From NCBI GenBank assembly GCA_030704615.1, contig CM060731.1, forward strand, positions 54,560,001 to 54,624,000: a stretch of 64,000 nt of DNA. The letters are read 5' to 3'. The notes below the pieces were generated by a model. That model saw nothing but the letters and a program-made list of their open reading frames with translations, was not told the DNA's origin and did no database searches. The position numbers and the translations under genes were made by a program. The DNA comes from Takakia lepidozioides (taxonomy: Eukaryota; Plantae; Bryophyta). Shown piece by piece: positions 40,801 to 51,541 of this stretch (the first letter of the stretch is position 1; every line of letters starts with the position of its first letter).

Positions 40801-42050
40801 CAGCACATTTGTATGTGCTGAACAATACCAATGTGATGGTTCCTTGGGTGTAGTGAGTTCTTCTTTTCATTACACCTTATTAATATCAAGTTCAATTGCA
40901 ATTGTGACTGTCCCAGTGTAATAAAACCACCCACAAAGTCACAAATGTCAGTGGTTCATCGGGATTATAACCACTTCTGTAGTAACTGAATGTCTAAGTG
41001 AGTGACTATTTGGAAGAGCATGTTCATTTACAAGTCATTTTGCTCACTCATCCAGTGGTTTTCAAAGTATCATTCATGCTAGATATTTTTTGTAAAGTAA
41101 TGCAACACTTCATTGCTAACATGTGTCATTCTTGTTGTCATTTTGTGACAGAAAGTATGCAACAGAGAAGGCACAGTTCACTACAGACAGAGAGGCATAT
41201 GCTCGTGAGTGACGTGCCAATCGTCGACGTCACCGCAGCCTTCCGGTGCCATACCCTCCCCATTTGTTGGAGTTTCCACCCCTACCAGTATGGATACGCT
41301 GTGTAGTCCAGGCCCATGTCTCTGAGCTTAGTGTTGAGGATACGGATGTAATTCATTTGTCTACTCCCCCCTCATTGAGATCAGCTTCATTTCGTGGCAT
41401 GAAGGCATATGGAAATCATTATCGAGTGGATGACACGGAGAGTCATCTTCTTGTCTCTTTTGATTCCGGAGTTGCATCCGTCTTCCAGCAACAGAGTAGA
41501 AATAGTGTGCGTGATAGAAATCCAGTCATGTCACCATTAGAGTACGTTGGGGTCATCAAAGAGATATTGAAATTGGATTATGGACGAGTGCACCCCATTG
41601 TATTTTGTTGTGCTTGGGTGAGGGCCAACCTTGTTGGGCGAAATGCTACAATGAAGTGGGATTTGTATGGTTTTCTACTTGCGAATTTTGGGAGGATGTT
41701 ACCCGCCAATGATCAGCCGTTCATCTTTCCATCTCAAGTTGAACAGATGTTCTTTTCGGATGAGTCCCCAAGTTCGGAGTGGAAGGTAGTCCTTCGGAAG
41801 GATCCAAGAGCAAAAAAAATTGTGGTGGACATAGATCAATGTGACATTGGAGAAAATGCAGATTTCGATGGCCTTCAGGCACCGTCTACCTTATCAGATC
41901 AGCCAATACCTAGGTCATTAGATGGTGCCACGGCTCTAAATAAAGAAGACCTGGCTATGTTGGCTACCATTCAAGTGGGGCATTTGTGCAACCAACCGCT
42001 ATTCCAGTTGAGCAAAGTGATTCAGAGGGTGACGAATATGTTTCAGATTC
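37848..42050 (+). pseudogene. CACTA TnpD/Tnp2 transposase (transposase-associated, Tnp2 core, DUF4218- and DUF4216-like regions), disrupted
   Basis: CTCPCRKC...VRKHL; IDACPKGCVLF; NVRLGFSFDGVNPFG...STWPV...YNLPPW...HDFPAYG; MKSHDYHILMQQILP...FFDVMTHLLVHL...GPV..RWMYPMERYM...PEGS; YVGVIKEILKLDY...QPFIFPSQV. Several stops and frameshifts. Confidence 0.92.
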
Positions 42051-42719
42051 AGAATAAAGTTTATTGTTGGAACCATTTGTTCAATAGCATCATCCTACAA
42101 TGGTCTGGACACTTGTCTGTTTTCAAAGTCTGTCACAGCTACACAAACCACTTAAAGTTTTTCATGTATCACCAAAAAAATGGTACTAATCACTGTTGTG
42201 TAGGCAACCACTCATGAGCAACCACTAGAATAGTGGTTCCAATTACTGCAGTATCTTTCACCACCCATTCTCCACCACTGTCAAAGTGATACAAATCAAT
42301 GAGGTGTCTTTAACCACTCAAGATCAACGTGCACGTCCCCGTCCACATGGAATATTATATTATATTAATTAAAATATATTTCCAAATCATAAATCATAAA
42401 TAAATTTTGAATTATTACACGTGGAGTAGCAAGTGGTTTCAACCACTTCCCATCACTGAGGTGTCTATAACCACTCACAATGTACCACTACACTGGAATA
42501 TTATATTTTATTAATTAAAATATATTACCATATAAATAATAATAAATTATTACACGTGGACTACTGAGTGGTTGAAACCACTTCCAACCACTGTCTGTGA
42601 TGCCACCGTGGCATTTCATTGGGATTAATCACTGGCAAGTGGTTAATAGTGGTTTATAGAGTGGAAAAAGACAATAGTGGTTAAAGGGCCAGTGGTTATT
42701 CTGCGTTTTTCTTCTAGTG

Positions 42720-44522
42720 TGCAAAGCACCCTGCATGCACCTTCCGAATCCAACCAAGGAGCTGTATGCAAGTATGCAGTTTCCTTCGGGAGTTCAAGTG
42801 GGTATAGGCGCATTTCCTTAGGTCGATGATAATGACGCTCCAGTGCCCCCTTCAATGTAAAAATGAACATGCCCGACAATTTCATTAGTCCCAAACCCAA
42901 CAGACTCTACAGACCAACAGACCAACATACTCGGCTGTCCAAATGGCCAACTGCCCAACAGACTAAGCACTCCAACAGATCCAACGGACTAGCAGTCCAG
43001 CAGACCAGCAGTCCAAGAGTGCAGGAGTCCAACAAACCATGACATCGAACACACACAGAAGACCCAATATTCAGCAGACTCCAAAATGTGCAACAAGTCT
43101 GTTGGGTCTTACCCTTGCAAGACCGGCACCAATATATGAGTGCAGTCTTTAATGTCTTTGCCAAGTCGCGCATGAGTCAAGGCACCATCAAGGTTTGCCA
43201 CCAAAGTTTCGCATGGGGCTGTGTCAAAAGTTTGGAAAACAGACCACACCGACGTTGGCAAAAGAACGACAGTGCCATACGTCCTCGAGTCTAGGGAGTT
43301 CTCGAAAAAACAACACCAGACATCCAAAAGTCTGTCCGAGCACTCCGACTCAACCACGTTTAGTGCTTTCATGTCTTCTGGCGCAATGCCACATCGGAAC
43401 CGTGAGTCTCCTTCGAAAAAATACACCATGTTATTCCCAGCGGCTATATGTACGGACATCAATCGCCGGAAACGACTTTCAATCCTGTACATACAGGCAG
43501 ACCCACCAAGACACCACTCATTCCACAAAGTCCAAAAACAGAAATCTGTTGCACAGTCTTAGTAGACTGATGAGAGGACCTGAATTACCAGAAAGTCCAA
43601 AAACCGAAGTCTGCTGCAGAGTCTTAGCAGACCGACCAACAGACCCAACATTCCACAAAGTCCACAAACGGACAGTGGACTGCAGAGTCATAGCAGACCC
43701 AACAACAGACCTAACATTCAACAAAGTTGACAAACATAAGTGTGGGGCACAATCAAAGCAGACCTAGTAGAGTCCTCACAAGACTGCAGACAAGGAGTCA
43801 GTAGACTGCCAGAAGATACGACAGACCTGCAAAGGCAACTTCAAAACAACACGACCGAGCAACAGACACATATGACTTACTTCTTTGACTTAAGTAGCTC
43901 TGTCACCTCCTTGTCCATGTCCAAACACAATCGGCGGTCTTTGTTCATAAACACATCAAACTTGCCTTTCCTAGCTGGTCTCTTTTGAACATGACCCTCC
44001 CCAGTCTCCTTGACCGTCTCAACGACCGGGCGTTTTTTGGCTTTTTCTCTTTCTGCTGGAACGGAGGTGCTCTCCACCGCAATGCCTGGGACAACTTGCC
44101 CAGACTGCTGCAATATTGCAGCTCTACTGCGCAGCAGAAGACTGTCAGTCGGTTTGTTGACACTTGCCGGTCTAGTCCTCGCAGCCTCATGGATGGCCTG
44201 CGTTGAACTAACACGAGAATCGGGTGGTGTGAGCAAACCGCCTGTCTTTGTTGTTGACCCAACATTAGCAGGAGCAGGAGCAGACAGAGACGGCGAAGGC
44301 AAAATCTGCTTGCAGACGTCCTCAACTGTCGCCTCATGGAAAGTCTCCTGGGCACACACCTGGGCGGGCTCTACAACAGTCTACTGGAACGACTATTGAG
44401 CAGCTAGCCGCCTTGGATGGGTCAACTGCAGTCTCCCCAATAGGGTGCATACTCTGAAGATGTCTCATGGGAAAACTCAAGTGCAGTCTTCTGTTTAGTC
44501 TGCTGGGGAGGGTTGGCGTCCA
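42720..44522 (-). pseudogene. Ulp1/C48 SUMO-protease-like TE gene, truncated by the CACTA insertion
   Basis: ECSDRLLDVW...VVLLPTSVW...KDCTHILVPVLQ|intron|GHWSVIIIDLRKCAYTHLNS gives the catalytic His region. The Cys-containing part is missing beyond 42719. Introns are CAGAC-rich. Confidence 0.7.
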
Positions 44523-44638
44523 TGCCACGTCAGGAATCTCCTTTGCAAGTGCGTGAGGTGCGGCTTGAAGTGTAGCGGGTTCGCGAGTATATTTTGATGA
44601 AATATCCCAGATCAGCAGCCGCCATAGACAAACTTGAC

Positions 44639-46085
44639 ATGGAGTCGGCAGGTCGTCTCCAGCAGACCACTGACTTCATCATTCCTCAAGAGACCCCAAC
44701 AGACCTCATCGCATCAAACCACAATGAAGCAGACGCCATCAATCATGAGTAGAACTCCTCGCACCTGGGTAGATTGAAGCACGCCTTAGCAGACCTGATA
44801 CCTGAGACTGGGCCAATTGGAGAGGGTGAAGACTATGCCCATTTCCCCTACACTGTGGGCATTTTTGGGGTGTGGAGATCACCGTTACCGGTGGCGCCGA
44901 AGAGCACAAAGGATCCTACACTTCCCCGCTTCAGGATTGGTGACACAAGTGCCCATCTGGACTGGTACAATGACTTGCACCACATTGTAACGGGCCGGAG
45001 GTGGCTCTTTGTCCTTTTTCTCTATTCCATGGAGTATACTACGGAAGAAGCCAACCATTTTCTAGAGCAAGCAGGGAAGGTTGTTGTTTCTTCTTTGAGT
45101 GAAGGAAATGAACCGCAACTCCTTGTTCAGCTCCTCCTTATGGATGACCCTCGCCCGGAGGAGGTGCGGCATATGGCTATGGCACACCCAACGTTCGGTG
45201 TCCGCAAAAAGCACTTGTCCGCAGTGAGTGCGGTCCATTTCGACCCGATGGCATCATCGTTCCTGCAGCATCAGTGGATGCAATTTGGAAATTTCACATC
45301 ATACAAGAAGTTGCTGAAGGACTTGCCCACTCTTCGGCAAGACTTCCTACATGGATCACAGGCAGGAGAGTCTGTTACAAATGGATCACAAGCACGAGAG
45401 TCTGTTGTAGATGAGGCGTTGTTGTGGTTCTCGTATGTAATGGAGCGTGCTGTGTTTGACATTGTCTTGCGCAAACCAGACGTGTTCAGAGTATTGTGGT
45501 CTGGAACGCCACATCACGACCGCAGTTCCGCGATTGCCCACCTTGATTCCGCACTGCTCGACCGCCAAATTAAGGACATCGGACTCGTTGGAAATCTGCT
45601 GGAAGGTACTCATTCACTGCCCCCCCCCCCCCCCGGCCAATCCTCCACCGCATGTGTTTATATCGTTTTTTGTGTTCCATGCAGGGCGGATAGCGGGACT
45701 TGGAAATCACATGTTGAGTGCTTTCGACTCCCTTGCCAGGGCTGCTAGAGAGGTTGTCCTGGTTGTGCAGGGTCATGAAAACCAGGGGACTGTCCGTAAG
45801 GCTGGCCAGGTCCGGCAGGCTGGGGGGAGGTCTCAGGAAACTGCCGTGGAGTTTCAGCGAACTGTTATGCAGTCTCAGCAGACTAGTTTGGAGTCTCAGC
45901 AGACTGGCATGGAAATTGAGCAGACAAGACATGTAATGGAGCAGACTGCCTTGGGAAATCAGCAGACTACCGTGGCGTCTCGAGACGCCTGTGACCAGGA
46001 GACTCGCAAACAGACTGAACAGCAGACTCGGGATGACACTGAAAAAGACACTCCCATTGTGAACCAGCATTGCCAAAAGACCTAG
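44639..46085 (+). pseudogene. Unknown two-exon TE-associated ORF with Q/T-rich heptad-like C-terminus
   Basis: ATG at 44639 is in frame with the 324-aa ORF 44774-45748, with one TAG at ~44750. Intron GAAG|GTACT...CCATGCAG|GG (45607-45683) joins it in frame to the 45447-46085 ORF. No recognisable family. Confidence 0.5.
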
Positions 46086-46523
46086 AAGACCTCGCAGTAG
46101 ACCTCAGTGGAGTCTGCTGAACAATACCCTCCACACAGTGTCCTCCACGACTTGCCCACAACATTTGCTACTGAGTCTGTTATAACGGGACAGTGGCACA
46201 TTCAACGGCCTGACCAACAGTGGATATCTGAGCATCTGACCCAATTTAAATGGACATCATCTGCCCAACCAACTTTTTAATGTCTGTCAACCCTTTGTCA
46301 ACGGTGCCAGAATCGACTTTCCCCCGCCGGATAAATTCACTCACACACTTTGGCCCACATGATGTAACTGTGACCTCGGTAAATCCCCAGTATCCATCAC
46401 CCCGTAGCGTGCCAAGTATGACGACTCATGTGCAGTCTGGTGGGCAGAGTCTGCTGCAGTCTTCCGGACAGACTCACTGCAGACCATTGTCTTTAGCAGA
46501 CTCTAGAGACTAGGGCAGACTAA

Positions 46524-48162
46524 CTAAGAGACCGAACTATGGACGTAGTTCAGCAGACTGATCGACAATAGTCTCAAAAAATTGCAGGAATGGTTTGATA
46601 GCATTACCTCGTCAAGTATGTAGCCCGCATCGTCATCACGCATGGCATTCAACCACTTTTCTTCGGCTTCCCGAGTACTTGACGTTATCCGTCCTGTCTG
46701 CACATATTTGAAGAAAAAGGGGAAGAACTGCGGATCGTCTTGGGGTGGGCAGACCGGTGGGAGAACGCCAAACGGAAGTAGGTGCAACGTTCCCAGGCAG
46801 GCTGGACTAGCAGACTTCTGTGGGTTCTCTTTAGGTCCCATATCTTCGGTCTGCCTAAACCGCAGATCGGGTTGGGTCTCCTGGGCAGTGTGGGCAAGAG
46901 AGGTGTTGTCGTCGAGGCTGTCTATGAGCATGTCTAAGTTTGTCCTCTCAGATAAGGCAATATCCACTGCACTGGACAGTGGACCTTGCCTTTCGAAGTC
47001 ATTATTTTGGATGATGTTGTTGGAACGCTCGGCAGACCTGCGGAGGAGAACATCAGCAGACTCAGACTCACTGGAGGAACTGATGGGTATAGTCTGCCGG
47101 GACTTTCTGGTCTGGCACGCATCAGGCGGACTCCCCTGTAGGCCCGCAATGCTTGCATCCCAAGTAGAGCTTGCCTTACGCGCTTCGGACGGACCCCCCT
47201 GCAGGACTGACATGTTTGCATCGCGAGCAAACCTTGCCGCTTTCGCTCCCGCTTTTTTTTTTCGCCCCATCACTGAGTTTTCGCTTGCGGGGAGGCACAG
47301 GCACTTCCTCCAAGCTGGGTCGCTGCATCCTTCCAGCAGCCCGCCAGTACCGTTGGCGCAATTCTTCTGTACTTCGCGGAATTGGGTTTGCCCGGCTATT
47401 GAAAACATCCTCATCTTTAGTGTGATACCGGTATGGGCCACGGCTTGAAATTCGGTGGAATGGTATGCCCTTGCAACCTATGTCCACACAATGGCGGTTC
47501 AACTGGATTTTGTCCATTATGGTTTCCTCACAGAAAGGACACCTGAGCCTATCTTTCTTCCATTCCGGGTTCTCCTCCTTGGCTACACGGAGATCAATAC
47601 ATGCTTCCACTATTTTGTGATCGTACTCCTTTGGGGAGTACCAACATCTTTGCAGCTTCTTCAAACGCGTGACGTGCACAAACTCGATCCAATCGGGTCC
47701 GCCCTTCGCCCACCGGTGGGGAGCAATCCACCTGCAAGCACCCCCTCTTCTTGAACGCTCTACACATGCCTCAATAAAAGGCACTTGATGTACCCACATA
47801 CAGAGCCACCGGTGGGGATGGTCTAAGGTAATGGAGTGTTGGGAATGGAACCTGAGGCCCTTCTGAGCAGGGCGCCACCAATGTGGGAAGGCACCATGAG
47901 AGAAAAAAAAGAAAAGAAATAACGTTATACTGACGTCACCCTTTGCCTTGTTGGATCTTAGCAACCAATCCCTGTTGTTGAAACTGGGTCCCACCAAGGA
48001 GCCAACAACAAAGGATAGGGCTTGTGTGGCCACTCCCCTTGCAATGTTGGGAAGACGCCGTTCTTCGACGTGCGTCCCGCCAACGGAGGCAAATGGTATG
48101 TGTGGCCTAGCTATCAACCCAAATGTTGTCAATGAAGATCGCATAGCGGTTAGAAATTGCAA
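46524..48162 (-). pseudogene. Unknown TE-associated ORF with C2H2-like zinc finger and NLS-like basic patch
   Basis: Overlapping 328-aa and 305-aa ORFs, probably joined across a poly-A frameshift at ~47255; CPFCEETIMDKIQLNRHC; PPRKRK. Confidence 0.4.
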
Positions 48163-48166
48163 TGTG

Positions 48167-48709
48167 GCCTCTCATTTTAGATTAATAGCATCTTGAATGC
48201 AGAAGCGTGTGGCTTGTGGGGCCCACCACATCCAAACAACGGGTCACCCACCATGGCAGGGTCCATGCCCTAGGGTCTACCGCTACTTATCAGGGCAGAC
48301 CCAGAGAGGGTCTGCTACCTTATCCCGGACTTCGAATGTTTTAGAGATTTTGTGAGTCTTTCCAAGTCCAAAAAGGATTGATAAAGCTCCATCTCATCAT
48401 ACCATAGTGTCATGACAGCTCCGAACCTAGAATTATATTTATAGGGATTGCACCTCACCACTAGGATACCTACCACTTTCTTCACAGCCTTTGACCTTGG
48501 AATAGCGTATGCACCTACGGAGAGCCCCTCCACGGGTGTGCCTGTCTGTGGGTCTGCAGGTGAGGCATGAGGAGACCCTCCATAGTGCATACCATCCCTC
48601 CAAGACCCATGGGCCGGGTGGGGTCGGGCTGACCCTCTCCTATTGGCGGGCCGCACAATGTGTGGGCCCCGCCATGCATTTAAGACGCTATTAATCTAAA
48701 ATGAGAGGC
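48167..48709. mobile_element. MITE with ~34-bp TIRs
   Basis: Left GCCTCTCATTTTAGATTAATAGCATCTTGAATGC; right GCATTTAAGACGCTATTAATCTAAAATGAGAGGC (near-perfect inverse). No clean TSD. Confidence 0.85.
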
Positions 48710-48957
48710 ATGTATGTGCATCCGCTTATCCATTTCACTTGCATTCAGAATTATATTTCACCTACGTTTTGTGAAGGTGTAGGGAAGGACGTTGTAGCCG
48801 AATAGTCGTTTCAGCGAGGACACGTTTGTGTATCGTAGAGAGCCCACCAAAGAATGTCCCACTATGAAACAAATAGTGAAAGGTTTCATTAATGTGTCAA
48901 CTGTGTGTATTTTATTTTAGGAAATAATTTTATTTATACGTAAACTGAACGGTTAAA

Positions 48958-48988
<31 letters not shown>
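48958..48988. repeat. (AAT)n microsatellite
   Basis: Direct reading. Confidence 0.95.
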
Positions 48989-48992
<4 letters not shown>

Positions 48993-49179
48993 CAGTTTTA
49001 CGTTAATTTGTAGTTGGTTGTATGACTTACCAAAAAAATATGGATGATCAAACGTGACCTGTCGTTCAAAGAAGGAAAAAATGAATTCAGATTTAAATTC
49101 AATTTGAAATTCAGATTTGAGCTACCGTCCCTTGACAACCGTTTAGCATTTTTGCGCCTAATAATAAAATCAATCAATC

Positions 49180-49242
49180 AGAAAATTAGGCATGTTTTGA
49201 AAACAATTTCTCAAATTAGGCATCTTTCATGCTATAATTTCT
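49180..49242 (-). repeat. Possible MULE-type terminus (AT-rich, repeated ATGCCTAATTT)
   Basis: Minus strand AGAAATTATAGCATGAAAGATGCCTAATTTGAGAAATTGTTTTCAAAACATGCCTAATTTT; no partner found. Confidence 0.3.
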
Positions 49243-49253
49243 TAGAATTAGGC

Positions 49254-49338
49254 TGTCGTGCGCATACATATCGCTACACAACTACATCGCTATCCAAACC
49301 ACACCACACATATATGCACAATAAAGTAGTCTGCCACA
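49254..49338 (-). repeat. Terminal partial LTR (segment A, 85 bp) of copy 1
   Basis: Reverse complement of 50856-50940 with one mismatch; ends ...GCGCACGACA at 49254. Confidence 0.9.
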
Positions 49339-49339
49339 A

Positions 49340-50837
49340 TAGTGCGGCATGCCCATGAGGAGTTGGGGCATTTTGGGGTGCGACGCACTCATAGTCTACT
49401 GCAGGGGCAGTATTGGTGGCGTGGTATGCACACAGAGGTGCAACAATTTGTGGCTAGGTGCATGGTGTATGACAGGGTGCGTGCTTCATTCATCGCCCCT
49501 ACTCCACAATTGCACCCTCTTCCGATCATGGGATTGGGCTACAGGTGGAGTCTTGACTTCGCAGGGCCGTTGCCACTGACCATGCGCCACAACAAGTACG
49601 TGTTGGTGATGGTGGAGCACTTCTCCAAGTGGATTGAATTGGTTCCATTGCCTGATAAGGCTAGTGAGGGAGCTGCGTATGCATTCTTGGATTGTGTGCT
49701 TAGCCGATTCGGTGCTCCAGCTGAGGTACTCACGGACCAAGGGAGAGAGTTCTTGGGGGAGTTTCAGGCTTTGTGTGACAAGGCCTTGATAGACCACTGC
49801 ACCACTTCTCGGGATCATCCTGAGGCCGATGGCTTGGCAGAGAGAGTTGTTCAGACAGTAAAGAGGGGTTTGCGCAAGTATGGCTTGCAGACGGGACACC
49901 TAGGAGATTGGGACCTTCAGTTACCCTGGTTAGCCATGGGTTACAGGTTCAGCAAGCAAGCATCACTTACCTCCTTCTCACCATACTTTCTTCTCTTTGG
50001 CCGAGAGCCGGATTTGCCTACATCCATTCGCAGAGAAGCTGCTACAGTTCTTAACCTTGACGATCCGGACGTGTGGGCACGTGCATGTGAGCAGCGTGCA
50101 GAGTTGTTCAAGAGAGTCATGCCCATGGCTTTCGAGAACCTTGCCATTGCACAACACCGTGATACGTTGAGGTATGCTACCATACGTGGTGGGGGCTATC
50201 GTCCTGGGGTTCGGAGATTCAACCCTGGTGACTATGTCTATCTGCAGCAGACTGCTCCTACGACCCTGGATGTGACTGCAGGACGTGTTATTTTGAGGGT
50301 TCGAGAGGTCTTGTCCTCAGGCGTCTTGGTCTTGGAGGGTCGGGATGGCATAACTTGGAAGGACCATGTGCGTAATTGTGCGCCATGTCACCTTCCGAAT
50401 GTCGATGGCAAGATTGACCCAAACCTGGCAGTGGTATCTGCAGGTTTGAGGTGCATGTTGTGTAAGTCTACTAAAGGGGCAGCCACCATGCTGGTGTGTG
50501 ATCGATGCTCTAGAGGTTGGCATATGGGATGCTTGACTCCACCTCTTGAGATGGTTCCAGATGGGGATTGGTTATGTCCACATTGCATTGGATAGTGGGA
50601 GTGGATACAACCATGGAAGGCTAACAAGAAACGCAAGGCCCAGCTACTATGAGACCTTGAACACACGAGATCCTGGCTCAAGTTCACAGATTGCAAGACG
50701 GCGACTAACGATGGGGCTACTCTTGTACCCGACCTCTTGGTCTATAGAGTTTGAGTACAATAGAAACAGTGATAGAGGACTTAGTACGGCTGTGGCTATT
50801 ACATCTTGTAGCTATCTGGAGGTAGAGGGACCTATCC
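49340..50837 (+). repeat. Inverted duplicate (1498 bp) of 51300-52797: integrase core, PHD and 3' UTR
   Basis: The 417-aa ORF 49342-50595 is identical in translation to the C-terminus of the 991-aa ORF. Three transitions noticed in the 3' UTR. Confidence 0.95.
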
Positions 50838-50840
50838 ACC

Positions 50841-51294
50841 AGCTAGGGGGGCGATTGTGGCAGACTACTTTATTGTGCATATATGTGTGGTGTGGTTTGG
50901 ACAGCGATGTAGTTGTGTAGCGATATGTATGCGCACGACAGCTGTCAAGTTAAATAAGCACAGTGTGAAAACAGCTAGAATAAAACTAGTTATTTATATT
51001 TAACACTTGGATTTAGGTCAAGTGTTAAATCAGGTGTCAAGTTTAGTTTGACACCTGGTCCGTCTTATCTTCACGAGAGCGGCAGTCGCGCAGCTCATCT
51101 CTCTGGAGTTGAGCCTGCGCGACCGAGCTCCTGCATGCGTTTAGATCTGAATGTACTCATGATGGGAGTGTAGGTTGTTGTGGGGTGGAGTCCCCATAGC
51201 TTGGGGTGCCCCTGGCTCGACTACTATTTCTAAGAGTGATGGTTTGGTTTTCATGTTTTGTGTCAACAGTGTGTTCTTGGGTTTTCTTATCACA
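50841..51294 (+). repeat. PPT (50841-50854) and complete LTR (50856-51294, TGTG...CACA) of the DNMT-gypsy
   Basis: AGCTAGGGGGGCG-AT-TGTGGCAG...CTTATCACA; internal palindrome GACAGCTGTC at 50937-50946; homologous to 62630-63156. Confidence 0.85.
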
Positions 51295-51541
51295 GATGCG
51301 GATAGGTCCCTCTACCTCCAGATAGCTACAAGATGTAATAGCCACAGCCGTACTAAGTCCTCTATCACTGTTTCTATTGTACTCAAACTCTATAGACCAA
51401 GAGGCCGGGTACAAGAGTAGCCCCATCGTTAGTCGCCGTCTTGCAATCTGTGAACTTGAGCCAGGATCTCGTGTGTTCAAGGTCTCATAATAGTTGGGCC
51501 TTGCGTTTCTTGTTAGCCTTCCATGGTTGTATCCACTCCCA

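Larger units (their letters stand above)
30073..42719 (+). mobile_element. CACTA (En/Spm) DNA transposon, left terminus missing
   Basis: Right end ...TTTTTCTTCTAGTG at 42719 (CACTAGAAGAAAAA on minus). AGTGGTT/AACCACT subterminal repeats at ~30075-30860 and ~42140-42700. Encodes a TnpD-like transposase and a TnpA-like ORF. Confidence 0.88.

Noticed and set aside
42720-42740. Exon start VLC joining YGPDD across the CACTA, i.e. a clean insertion into the MULE transposase
   Set aside because: The same bases continue the Ulp1-like frame (GHWSVIIID...HAGCFA), which is better supported.
26309-48709. One 22-kb element bounded by the TIRs at 26309 and 48709
   Set aside because: The 48709 end pairs better with 48167, and the outer flanks share no TSD.
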